Below the pieces are notes generated by a model, which saw only the letters and a program-made list of their open reading frames with translations, was not told where the DNA came from and searched no databases. Shown here piece after piece: positions 26,030-38,168 of a DNA stretch of 64,000 nt. Both the position numbers and the translations under genes were made by a program. The stretch spans positions 84,306-148,305 of the forward strand of contig JAQGDQ010000540.1 of the NCBI GenBank assembly GCA_030141605.1, in the 5' to 3' direction. The stretch comes from Tubiluchus corallicola. Its lineage: Eukaryota; Animalia; Priapulida. The first letter of the stretch is position 1. Each line of letters starts with the position of its first letter.

Positions 26030-27076
26030 GTGTATCCCTTTGTCTTTTCTTCTCTTTTAGTCAAACAAACATCATCATAATGAGTTTTACTAAATAACCT
26101 ACCCATACAGCTATCATGCAACTTTTAGTTGCTATATTGTCAAGTAGAGCTCCATAGGGCATGTCATAGACATCTAGCTAAACTAAGCATTTTAGCTAAA
26201 ATGGTATACTTGTGATTGTTATGGTTTTCCCAAACCCTGTGAAAGAATGTTTAAATGTCTAACTGACACCAATTATAAATTTACAAATCTTCTACTCCCG
26301 GTTTCAGTTACAATGATAAATAAAAATGATGTAAATTATTCCAGCTTGCTGATAACACGTTATCTAATTAATTACTTTATTATATCACATACTAATAAAT
26401 AAATGCTGTATTTTTAAAACTATGGCAGTTTTTACATAAAAAACATACTCGATTCAATTTCTCCAATTTTTGTTGCCAGCATAGTTTGTAGTCACTTCTG
26501 CATCCATACCAAACTCAGTCTAAATCAATTGGAAACTTGCAATTTCCAACTCTTACTAGGAACAACTTCCTTTATGGTCGAGTTTCTTCGTTAGTCACTG
26601 GGTGGATTGGCTTTACTTCAAAACCAGCTGACGAACCATACGTTTCATGGCTTTGTCTCTTACGTTTTGCTGCGCAGACATTTCATTTTTCTCCTTGCCC
26701 GACACTAGCTCTTAACATTACATTGTTTTGCTTCATAGGCCCTGTTTTTTTAACTTTACTGAAAAATAGTGATAAAGCAACCGTATACAGTAGCATGTAT
26801 AATCCATTACCGTAGTGCGTAGTACTCATTCCATTTGTTAAGTTCTAGGATGATAAAAATGGTACGAAGTTTATGGTTTTCTGGTTTTCCTGAACGGGTG
26901 GCAGTTGCTCTATTTGATTTGCTAAGTTGTAGTACTGGTGTCCCTTACTCCAGTTCTAGGCAACATTACGTTGCGATTAGATCAAAGGAATCTGATCTAT
27001 ACCTTTAGGTGTAAACTTTCAAATTAATTCCAAAAAATGTCCAAGTTAATTAATTTTGCACTTTGTTTTTCTTCAG
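26030..27076 (+). repeat. Mosaic duplicated intronic flank
   Basis: 26030-26290 matches ~21295-21565. 26290-27076 matches ~22873-23982 with an internal deletion. Confidence 0.8.
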
Positions 27077-27685
27077 GTGTTATGTGGATGCATTGCTATC
27101 GTTGCAGAGATAACTGCGATTATTGTGTATGCCCGGCAGCTCCATTATAGAATACCTATAGGACAGGGCATATGGTGTGGAATTTTTTTCATTATTGCCG
27201 GTATTATTGGTCTTGCTGCATGCAGAAATCCGAAAAAGAGAAGCTTGATAATTGCTTTGATGGTCTTGTCAATTGTGGCAGCTGTGTTTGCTGTCATTTT
27301 TCTGATTTTAAGTTCAATATACATATCGATTATAGGTATTTCTCTTCGGTATTTCTGTTACAGTTATGTCTATTCGTATCAAGCTAGTGAAAATATTTAC
27401 ACTTACGATTATGCATGCCAGAGGGCACTCAGTTGTTCTAGAGCTGCTTACTGTATTCAGCTGCTAATTGCAATAATGGAACTTGCATTTTCTATCTGGG
27501 TGTCCGTTCTCTGCTGCAAAGTTGTTTGTTGTGGAAAGACCTATCGCCCTGTGGTCATGTACGATGCGGCTGGTCAGCTACCATCTATTTCTGCCCCGGC
27601 GGCTGGAGGACAAACATTTCAACAGGTTGAACACGTCACGCAATATCCAGGAACACAGATCCACCACCCGCCTCCCTATGTATAG
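27077..27685 (+). CDS. MS4A/CD20-like terminal coding exon B (intact; 274 aa with the shared exon)
   Basis: Same acceptor TTTTTCTTCAG|GTGTTATGTGGATGC, phase 0, open to PPPYV*. The ORF-track start is a TTG in the polypyrimidine tract, so the exon needs an upstream exon. Confidence 0.88.
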   Translation: MLCGCIAIVAEITAIIVYARQLHYRIPIGQGIWCGIFFIIAGIIGLAACRNPKKRSLIIALMVLSIVAAVFAVIFLILSSIYISIIGISLRYFCYSYVYSYQASENIYTYDYACQRALSCSRAAYCIQLLIAIMELAFSIWVSVLCCKVVCCGKTYRPVVMYDAAGQLPSISAPAAGGQTFQQVEHVTQYPGTQIHHPPPYV

Positions 27686-30600
27686 ACATTGAGGTAATCT
27701 TTCAGTTCTTGATCGCTGTGCAACGAATTTGCAAGCTATTGCATGCAGTTTCACTCGTTGATCTTGCTCTTGGATTTAGATACGTTGACTTGTGGCTTGT
27801 ATGAAATTCCCCCGTAAATGGAACTCCTCGCCTAATACATGGTAAAAATACAAAGGCATAGGGGAATGTCACCATTCGAATGCACAACAGTTTTTGTAAG
27901 AAACTTCAACTGATAATTATAAATAGTCAAAACACAAAACGTTTTTGCTGGTTTTCTGAAACCTAAGTTACCAGCTATTTTTGCTCATTTTTGCAATTTT
28001 TTTATGTTTTAAGTTGCTAAATTATTGTTTTGTAAATTGTTGTGTTGTACTGTGTTGTTGTATAATTGTATTTAGCATAGTTTTTTTTTGCTACTGGCCT
28101 ATTATTCCTGCTTTGGTGCTAAAATTGGCTATTGTAATTGGCTGCTTCAAATTAAAATTCCAAAGAATATTTTTTGCTTAGTTAAATCTTGGTGTAGCCA
28201 ACATTCATAGTATGGGATTGCATCTTCAAACACCAGCTCTTCCAAATATAGTATAAATATTTTAATAATGGAATGTGCAGTTGTATTTCAGGCATTTCCT
28301 AGCATTTTTATATCTGCATAACATGTTAAGGTTAAGCTCAGCATACCTTTGAGCACTATAATCTTCCTGGAAACTTTTGGATAAATGGTACTATAAATTT
28401 ATATAATGCTGTGCTTAAAACATCCAACCTGAAGTAATTTTGATTAAGATTTTGCCACAAAGGAAGAGTTCTGATTATTGATATTAACTATTATGAGCAT
28501 TATTATGCTGATTTCTGACAGTTTTTTCTGAATTGAGTTTCAACTAGCATACTTACAGTTATGATTTACCATAACTGCATAAGTAATTCAAGCTGGGCTG
28601 CTCTTATTCTTATTGTTTCCATTTTTCTCTTACTTTTAGCTCCTTTTAAAGTCTTCTGCCAAATCACAAAATAGGAAATTCACTTCCTAATCTGATAAAC
28701 TCATAAAGATTCATTTACAGATGCTTACATTTTATATATTTACATTTAATATATTCACATAACTGTAATACTTTATAATCTTGTAGTCTTTGCAATAAAC
28801 ATTTGCACAGAAATAGTATGCCATGCCTATAAAAAGAAGAATAGTTTTAGAGAATTGGGGCTCGATGAAAATGATAATGGAGAAGTAACTATAACAGTAA
28901 GAGAAAATTAGTCGTCTCAGCTAACTATTCCTTATGATTTTAGATGCCAAATTGCAAAATTTGTATATTCCATTGTTACAAAAATGGGTTATCCATCTTT
29001 TGTTCAAACCAGGTTGCAGTGCAGCTACTTGTAGACAAGTTGCAGTACAAGATGGTATTGTCTAGGTCTTCTTTCCATCTAAGAGATTGTGAGTTGATTA
29101 CTGCGGCCGGAAAATACCAAAGGTTTTAAAATTGTACCTGCTGTTACTCTGCCTGCAGTGTGGTAATTAGGATAAAAGTGGGGTAATAATAGTCCCTGTT
29201 ATGTAGATATAGTTTGTTATTTACAGCCAGCAAAACGCTCTTTGAGTTTAGTCTTAAATGTTTATCTAAAAGTCGACTTTAAATAAAGACCTTATTATTA
29301 TTTTTTTTATTTTTTTTTATTAAGCTAGCAAACTGGTTATCGCAATGTTCTTAATACTCACTCATTTTGTTCACAATAAGTCAACAGCAATAAAACAAGA
29401 ATTTAACAAGTTTTTTCTGCTGTGGCCAAAATGCAAGCATGTGCTTAGTTACTTGTAAAAAACAAGTGTGCGCTTGGTTAGTCGCAAGAAATTTTGCTAA
29501 TTGCCAACTGAAATTACTGCCTTGTTGGATTTTCATCGTTTTGGACTGTGGACTATTCATTTGGAGAGTATGGCAAAGCTACAGGAAAAATGAAACAGGA
29601 CAAGGTAGTCTGTTAGTTTAATTATGTCTTTGTGTGATTAAATATTTACTTTTATGCTTAGGTTAGCAAATTCAGATTAGTGAGTTTTTTTGCAATTTAC
29701 ACAGTACTAATAGCTAATAAAAATGATAAATAAAATAAAATGATGTCACATGCAGACTAGAGAGTTCTCTCTCAACTTATTGTGCAACTTCTCTCTGAGA
29801 GTAAACTTGCAAGTGTGAACGGCTTGGCAACTTCTCTCACAACTTATTCTGGTGCTGATTTAGATTATAATGACGAAGCCTAGCCAAATTGTGTAATAAC
29901 TGATAAATTACGATCTAATACTGTATGTGTTATGTCATGCAGAATTTAGGTTTGTACATTTCATACAAATTCGTTTCATATGATATTAAACTTATTATTG
30001 AATTAAATTGCCCCGAACTGTAATTAAGCAATGCATTTTGTATAATACTAAGTTAACTAATTGAATCTCATTTAATTTGCTCTAAATATTTTCGCGAAAA
30101 CTAATGACTTTTAATCAGTGCACCTTGGAGCTGCATATGTGCCACCACGCGCGATATGACAGAATTTTATTTGGCATTTACATTGGCATTCATGAACTTA
30201 ATAAGTAAGTTTTTTCTGGAAAAATAATAACAATTAAAATAAATGATACTGTAATCACTGTAGTCCAAAAAGTGGTATGATTAAGTACTTGCTTCATTAC
30301 AGAGCACTATAATATGGATTTCTGTTTCATTGTTTGAATAGATTTCTGTTTCCCGACTCAGTAAAGTCTCGAATAATTTCAATAATTTATTTGCATGAGT
30401 TAGAACATAGCGAGTGAATAGTTTATTGATAAAGAACGATAGAAGGTCGTTATTGTTATGAGATATTTATGATATACACGAAGTCTCTGTAACAATGTTG
30501 GTATGTAAGTTCAGCTCCATGTGTTCCAAAAATTTTGCATGATAATGTAAGCACATTAGAATTAATTACATGTATAATATCTACTGCTAGAGATAAATGT

Positions 30601-32922
30601 GTCGTATTTAATGTGCTCGGTATCTGATTTTAAATATAAGCATTAGTACCTTGCAGTTTATGTGTGAATGTATTTTTATAGTTAAAACACCACAACTTTA
30701 TTAAAACTTTTAATTTACATAGTTAAAAATCATGTCAAATGTTTCGAATAGCTAAATAGGTAATGAATAAGCAGACCAGTAGAAACGAAATTAATACAGT
30801 GAATTATGCGCTAATTATATGCAGAAAGCCAAATAGGTAAGGATTATGCGGACTTGTAGAAAAGAAATTGATATAGTAACGTATAGTTGAGTGTTTGAAA
30901 ATAAAGTTAAGGGAATTGAACTGCTTTGTACATTAAGAGAAGGCTTATTAGGCTACATTAATAGACTTTGTTTTATTAATAAATTTCAGTTATTGCTAGC
31001 TCAGTGCTGAAATTATTAAAATCAGCTTTGTGACCAGAGACACAATAATGGTCATTAATGCTGGACTGAGGAGAATTTTTTAATTTCGTGCCAGTTCTAG
31101 ATGAAATACTTAAATGTTACTTACTTATACCTATATGGCCAGATATCTTGATAAGCTGTGCTTGTTTGATTATGCACAAGCACCTGGATCATTAGGTTTC
31201 AAAGATTGTCATTGATTATGGTATAAACAGTGTCCTAAGAATCAGAAGTGCGGCGATAACTTCCAGAACAGAACAGTTTACTTCCAGTGAACATTGAATG
31301 ACTGAGATGACAGAGCAATGGACCAGTAAACAGGAATTATCCATATTTCATGACTGATATACGAATCGGATACATAAGCTGTCAAATCAGCAATCACCTC
31401 ACAAGATGCAAGAATTAAGAATGTAGCTATGCACAGACACTTGCCACTTTCTCACGTCGGTCAAATTAGCTCAGAAAAAGAATTTATCACGTTTGTTTTG
31501 TTTCGGAAATCTTTCATCAATGCGTGCGCACCGAAGACAGGAAGCGATAAGAGTTTTATAAAACAATCAGAGACCTGCAGAGAACCCAGCGACTAGTATA
31601 TTTTCATTTTTGCAAATGCTAATTATTTTCAGACCACTCTCACTGCCGGTCTGGGACCGGGAGTCGGCGCGGGCAACGCCTCCTGTGAGATCAAGATTCG
31701 GGCATCCAGGTGCATGGCATAAATACCACTCTCTCTCTCTCAAGATGGCCATATTCCAGGAAAAAATAAGGGGATGACGATTGAAATGAAATCTGAAAAA
31801 TATCAATTGAACAGTGGAAAAGACTATTTTCTAAAAATATAAAGGGCAGTTCTGCCCGAATTTGGGCGTCAATTTTGCTCGAATTTTTTGAAACCCGAAA
31901 ATTTGGGGGGCAGTTCCCCCCTGCCCTGATGCATATCAACTGTTTCCATATGTCAGAAAATGCATGTTAACATAGCTCGTGATGCTCTTTTGGCCATTTT
32001 GATTGCTATTTATGAAAATTGGAAGTAATACTTTTTGGACAGTTACTACAGAGGTGGCATTAGTGTATTATTGTACTATGAGTGGGAAAAGAAAGCAAAG
32101 CACAGGTTTTGTTTACATAAATAATTTAGGGTAGAGAACAATCTGCAGCCTATCATCACTTTGTGAAAGAACTGCAACTAGCTGCAAAACAACATAATTA
32201 TAAGCTTTTTCTTCTTTGCAAAGTGTATAGATCTTAAAATGAATGAGCAAAACTCGCCCGACCAGGAACTCAGTCATGCAAAAATGGTCACTGGAAACTT
32301 GAAAACTTGCTAAATCATCATAAAGGCAATTTCCCGTCTACGCATTGCCGCATGATGCATATTCATGTGATAACGATCATGTTCGAATGAACACGGAAAT
32401 CATCACACATTATAGATTTCGTATTACATACACATGGAAACACTTCCACTTATTTAAATATAAACTGATGTGTACGCATCACGGCTCACGCATTATACAT
32501 TACCTTAAGAGTTCTTAAATAATCCCAGTTTTCTATTCATTACTTACTATTAATGAAAGTTCTCAGGGTAATTCATCAGGAGTCAGAATTATGGAAGAAA
32601 GTTTTACGCACTTACACAATTAAGAATTTTGTTATGTTTAGGTATGAGTTAATAATATATCTGTGTAAAGTAGTCTGTGAACTAGTTAAAGCTACTGGCA
32701 TCTTAAAAACAAATTTTCTGTTGAATTCTGTCTAAAATAAATGGAATGAAGTGATGGATTTGATTTTTTTTCTTTGTGTTTTGGATTGCAAACATAATTT
32801 GCATCTATATTAATTTTTCAAGCATTCTTTTACTTCATGCTGAGATCTGATGTGCTTCGAATTACTTTTGGTTTGTATAAAAATTGTCAAAATGAGTTGC
32901 AGCACTTTTTCCTTTTGTTTAG

Positions 32923-33534
32923 GTGACATGCGGATGCATTGCAAGCATTATAGAGGTAGCTGCTATTGTTATATAAGCCCAAGGACACTATCGGATTCTC
33001 CCAATAGGAACTGGTTTGTGGTGTGGATTGTTCTTCATCATTGCTGGTTCTATTGGTCTTGCAACGTGCGCAAGTCCTGGAAGAAAAGGCCTGATTATTT
33101 CTTTAATGATCTTATCCATTGTAGCTGCAGTGACTGATACCATTCTTATGATTGCTTGTGCGATATACATACCCATTTCTAACATATTCATGTCAGATTG
33201 TACAAGTTCTCAGTATTCATATGAAACTCAAGGCTTCAATTACACAACTGATTATGTGTGTCTGAGAGCAACTAGGTGGGTTTTGGCTGCATATTGTTTG
33301 CAATTGATGATTGGAGTTGCAGAGATGGTGTCTGCCATCTGGGTGTCAATTCTCTGTTGTAAGGTTCTGTGTTTTAGAAACACATATCGCCCTGTACTTG
33401 TTTACTATGGAGCCAGTCAGCCACCACCTAGTTCTAGTCCATTGACAAGTCAAACTTTTCAGCAAGTTGGGTGTACCTCACAGCACCCAGGTATTCAAAC
33501 ACAACCACCTCCTTACACGCCAGTATATACATAG
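32923..33534 (+). pseudogene. MS4A/CD20-like terminal exon C, full length with one premature stop (TAA 32974-32976)
   Basis: Acceptor TTTTGTTTAG|GTG, phase 0: VTCGCIASIIEVAAIVI*AQGHYRILPIGTGLWCGLFF...PPPYTPVYT*. The stop aligns to TAT/TTT in the paralogs. Confidence 0.8.
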
Positions 33535-34880
33535 ATTTTTTTGCTTCTGAGACTTTTTAAAAGAATACAAAATGATTTCAGTGAGGGCTTGGGGTTTTCT
33601 GAAGTTACAAGAAATGCGTGCCGTGCAGCAGAAAGTGCCAGACAATACTATTATGTATTTTGATTCCAGATATTTAATAAAATAAAAACTCATAATTTAT
33701 TAAACCAGTACAGTAGTTATCAATGGCTTGATATTGCTGAATGCATAGACTGTAATAAAATAGTTACCTGGCAGTCAGTAAGGATTATACTTAAGTAAAG
33801 CCTGTAAAATAATATATTATTAAATTTATGTGATGATCTTTCTAATCTGATTAATTATGGTATAACTTGCATAATGGAGATTCTTGTATTTGGGCAAAAA
33901 TTGTGAACATTAAATTTAGGTTATGGCCTTGGTAAATGTAAATCATAATCCTTATACATATCACTAAGAAGTGGGCATGTGACAATCATGATTTTAAACG
34001 TTTTCCACGTCTTAATGAGCACAAAGATGCTGGCTTTGGGATACGCTAATAGATACACTAAGTTATTCTCGGTATTATTCAAAATTGTCATATTTACACC
34101 ACAGTTGTTTATGGTACATGATAATGATTGTAATACTAATTTTGATTATGATGTTGATTTGATTTGAAAGTTGAATATGTAAATTTACATACAATGTTGG
34201 TGGATTTGGTGTAAGTTAAGGAATATTGAGTTTTTCTGGACAATATTCATAACCACATTTTGTCTTTATTTGGGCCTATGCCCTTTTAGATTTTTTTTGT
34301 TATGAATGCAAGTTTTTGAAAAAACTCAAATGTCAAAGGCCTAATATGTTGCGTGTAGATGTTGTTTACAATTGAATGATGAAATTGGTACATCTCATCA
34401 AAACTGATTTTGTAATGATTTTATTTATCATTTGTTCTCTATTACTTTTTTGGAGTTTGTTTTAGGTTTCTATGAGAATCTAACGTTATTATTTTTGTTC
34501 GAATTAATAGTTTGTTCATATAATATGTTAATACAATTGTATTTCATTTATTTAATATACAACTGATTTTTATTGTAATGTGATAGTGATTTGATTTCAT
34601 TAGCACTAACTTGAGTATCATGTAGATAATGCTTATATCTTTTGAGAATCTCCAACTTATGTAATCATATTGTACAATATAATTATATACTATGTAGTTA
34701 ATAATGTCATAATCTTAACGCTGAGTTTACTTTATTGTTTTTTCTTTTATAAAAAGTATTTTTTGCTAAATTGCTTCCAGTTTATCATTTTTGCAGGATG
34801 AACGTTGGCTTCGCATAATATACAGTAATGTCAGCAATTTATTTTGGATGTATTTATACAATTAGTAACATTTTAGAACG

Positions 34881-34882
<2 letters not shown>

Positions 34883-34961
<79 letters not shown>
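34883..34961. repeat. (ATT)n microsatellite
   Basis: Direct reading. Confidence 0.95.
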
Positions 34962-34962
<1 letters not shown>

Positions 34963-35499
34963 GTATTAATAATAAAACTCCACCTGCAAAAGTGTTAAAT
35001 GAAATCATAAAATCGTTTATTGAAAAATCTGCATAGTATGGAATAACCACAAGAAATGCATTGTTGCATATTGCATGATTGCTATTACTGATAGTTAATA
35101 TCACTTAATCAAGTATTGGAATGTTATTTTTTGCAATTCATGTATATTTATCATTATCCCATTTCACTCATTAATCCCTTGTTTTTATTTTTGTGACTTC
35201 CACGTACAGTTTGACTCAAAAATTACTGTGTCAACAATGATAACTCTGAAATACTGTGTAAATCAGTTTCATATAAATAGTTTTACTGACAAACATGTAA
35301 AATAGCTATACGTGAATGACTTAAGTATATTATGCTTATTGATTACGACTGTAATAAAACTATTAATGTGAGTGTCATGTATGCGTACCCCTGTAAATTT
35401 TGTTTGTGTAAACTTGTGAATTAAATAGTAATGTACCGTGCCAGTTCAGAAATGTGCGTAATGATTTGCTATTTCAGTCCACACATCGTATGATAGCTT

Positions 35500-35890
35500 T
35501 GTATATCTACTGATACCCTCCCGCATTTTCTGATATCTTCGTACATCTCTTGATAGATTTTATGTCTTTACACATCTTTTGAATATCTTTATACATCTTC
35601 TGATGTCTTCACACATGTTTTGATAGCTCCGCACGTCTTTTGGTAGCATTACACATCTTCTGATGTCTTTACGCATCTTTTGAAAGCTTTAAATATCTTC
35701 GATTAGCTTCATGCATGTTTTCATGTCTTCAGTATTTTCTGATAACTTAATGCATGTGATAGCTTTAGCTGTCTTCTGATAACTTTATGCATCTTTGTAC
35801 ATCTGATATGTTCTCACACATTTTCATGTCTTATGTGTACTTGCTTCTGCATTCTAGCTGCTTCTCGAGGCTTCACAAGTCTTTTAAACA
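35500..35890. repeat. Degenerate ~20-21-bp minisatellite (ACATCTTYTGATRKCTTYAC-like)
   Basis: Recurrent CATCTTCTGATGTCTT / CATCTTTTGA units. Confidence 0.7.
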
Positions 35891-37265
35891 CTTAGCTCAT
35901 TTTCTGGCGTCACGTCTGGTACACACTTTTTCTCCGCCTTCTCAATAGATAAAATAACCTATTCCTTTAACGGCAAACATTTTTTGTACAATTCTGTATC
36001 ATGAACGTCAAAATCCAGTACTCAGCAGCAGGTCCTGCTCAAATTGGATGGCAAAACTGGGACCTGACTGATTTATTTATCAAGACTGGCTCTAGGATGA
36101 ACCATTGATCTCAGTTGCATTCGGATGTACATGTACAAGTTGCAAGTATATACAGCCTTCCTTTCCACTAGGCAAACACTAAACAGCCAGAACTTATATG
36201 ACAAATGAAACTGCCACGGTGAGGATTGAAGCGATTTATACATCCACTGATGCCTCACTGCCTTTCTTAACTTACCTTTCTTAACTACCAAGAACAACCT
36301 CGCAACCACTGGGCCATGCAGCTCGCCTCGGGTTTGCAGCGGCTTATCAGATTCTATTGGAACTGACACGTTGGATTGGATGTTGAAGCTCCCTCCATTG
36401 GTGTTAATTTCATTAAAATCTTGCAACTTTGTGTATTATTAAATTGAGGCTGAACGATAACTAGGTGTGAGCATCAAACATTCGAATTCGATTCTACTAA
36501 ACTTATAGATTTGAATAATCAGCATAATTTAGCTGCGATTATTGGGCAAAAAAAAATTCAAACAAATTTTTAGTAACCAACCTGGACATTTTCAGACACC
36601 AACACTGACTCCATCTATAAAATCTGAAGCTTACGAAATCAAGCTTATTGGGTAGAAGCTGCTGTAAATCCATAAAGATCCGGGAATGTGTTTGTTAAAG
36701 GCTCGTGTAATCCCAACAGACATTGAATGAAGTTTTTTAACGCATTATTGTGTTTATATAAAGAATTCATACTTATTAAAGAAACTAAATTAAATAACTT
36801 ACCTTTTTCTGGCAAATTTCGAATTCGTGCATTGCCGTAAAGATTGCCATGTTACGCATCTTTGGTGCGAATGAGCGAGAATGACGTACGATGTACAGAA
36901 AGCGTCTTTGGTTGCCGAGCTTTGGTGACCTCGTGACTGTACTCCTAAAGTCATTCGTCTCGCGCAACAAAAAATGGCTGTTCTTGATTTAATACTGCTA
37001 ACAATAAAGTAATAAAAATCAAAAGAAACAAGTTTTATAGTAAGTTTATAATAAAATAAATTGAATTGTCGTAATGAGAGTAGAATTTTAAGTTGTGAAA
37101 GCTTATATTATAGTGAGAGTTTAGTTCGACTTTTAGTAAAAAAAACTTATTTTTTGCTAGGGCATTTGCATCTATCAGATGGCTTAAATTGATAGATCTT
37201 CAACGGAGGTGAAATTTTGGAACCTATAAACTAGCAAACGCATAAACAATAGACTGTAAACAATC

Positions 37266-38168
37266 ATGGTTCCAGTTAACCACCCTGTTCTGCTCCGTAT
37301 GATCCGAGCATCTGTGGTTGCTGCCAACCATGCTGGCAACATCATTAAAAATGTCTTGAGAAATGGAAATCTGGCCATTGTTGAAAAGGGACATAACGGT
37401 CCACAGACTGAAGCTGACAGATTGTCTCAATATGCCATTGTTTCTTACCTTTCTAAGAACTTTCCCAGATGTGAAATAAAAGCCGAGGAAGTTGTAGACT
37501 CCATATCTGTAAGACTGCCTGAACCGATTATCTTAAATGCTTCTGAATCTGAACTTATTAACATTGCGTGTCCAAAATACTTGCAAAACGTTACTGAAAA
37601 AAATATTGTCGTCTGGGTGGACCCTCTGGATGGCACTGCAGAACTGGTTAAAGGATCGTTAGACTGTGCGACTGTGTTAATTGGATTATCTGTAGATGGT
37701 GTTGCAATTGCTGGCGTTATTCACCAACCATTTTACAAATCGAGCAGATCAGGCCGAACAGTTTGGGGTCTTATTGGCTATGGCGCTCATGGTATTAAGG
37801 CAGTTAGTCCTCCCGAGGACAGAACAATAATCACTACTACTAGATTACAGGCCAGCAAAAGCGTCCAAAACGCCGTTGATGCTACTGCTGCAGATGAGGT
37901 CTTATACACTGGTGGTTGTGGTAATAAAGTACTGATGGTTATTGAAGGTCAAGCTCACGCTTATGTGTTTGCGAGTGATGGATTAAAGAAATGGGATACT
38001 TGCGCTCCTGAAGCTGTGCTACATTCAGTAGGTGGACGCCTCACTGATGTTCACGGTAAACAGATAACGTACCGCAATGATGAGAGTGCATTAGTCTCCA
38101 GTGGAATTCTGGCCACATACAAAAACCATTCTTGCTACTTGAGTAAAATTTCACCTATGCGAGGCTAA
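37266..38168 (+). CDS. BPNT1: 3'(2'),5'-bisphosphate nucleotidase 1-like (inositol monophosphatase family), intronless CDS, 300 aa
   Basis: QTEADR, AEE, VWVDPLDGT, AGVIHQPFY, GRTVWG, GGCGNKV, KKWDTCAPEAVL..GG.LTD motifs. Possible 5'UTR acceptor TTTTTTGCTAG at 37160. Confidence 0.92.
   Translation: MVPVNHPVLLRMIRASVVAANHAGNIIKNVLRNGNLAIVEKGHNGPQTEADRLSQYAIVSYLSKNFPRCEIKAEEVVDSISVRLPEPIILNASESELINIACPKYLQNVTEKNIVVWVDPLDGTAELVKGSLDCATVLIGLSVDGVAIAGVIHQPFYKSSRSGRTVWGLIGYGAHGIKAVSPPEDRTIITTTRLQASKSVQNAVDATAADEVLYTGGCGNKVLMVIEGQAHAYVFASDGLKKWDTCAPEAVLHSVGGRLTDVHGKQITYRNDESALVSSGILATYKNHSCYLSKISPMRG

Noticed and set aside
29570-32320. Private first exons for cassette C (MKQDK|GTAGTC ~29590; MNEQNSPDQELSHAKM|GTCACT ~32239)
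   Set aside because: Weak donors, and no similarity to the Pro-rich exon or the start of TM1. They are not excluded without RNA data.
35500-35890. CRISPR-like repeat-spacer array
   Set aside because: Eukaryotic context and degenerate contiguous units with no unique spacers. It is a minisatellite.
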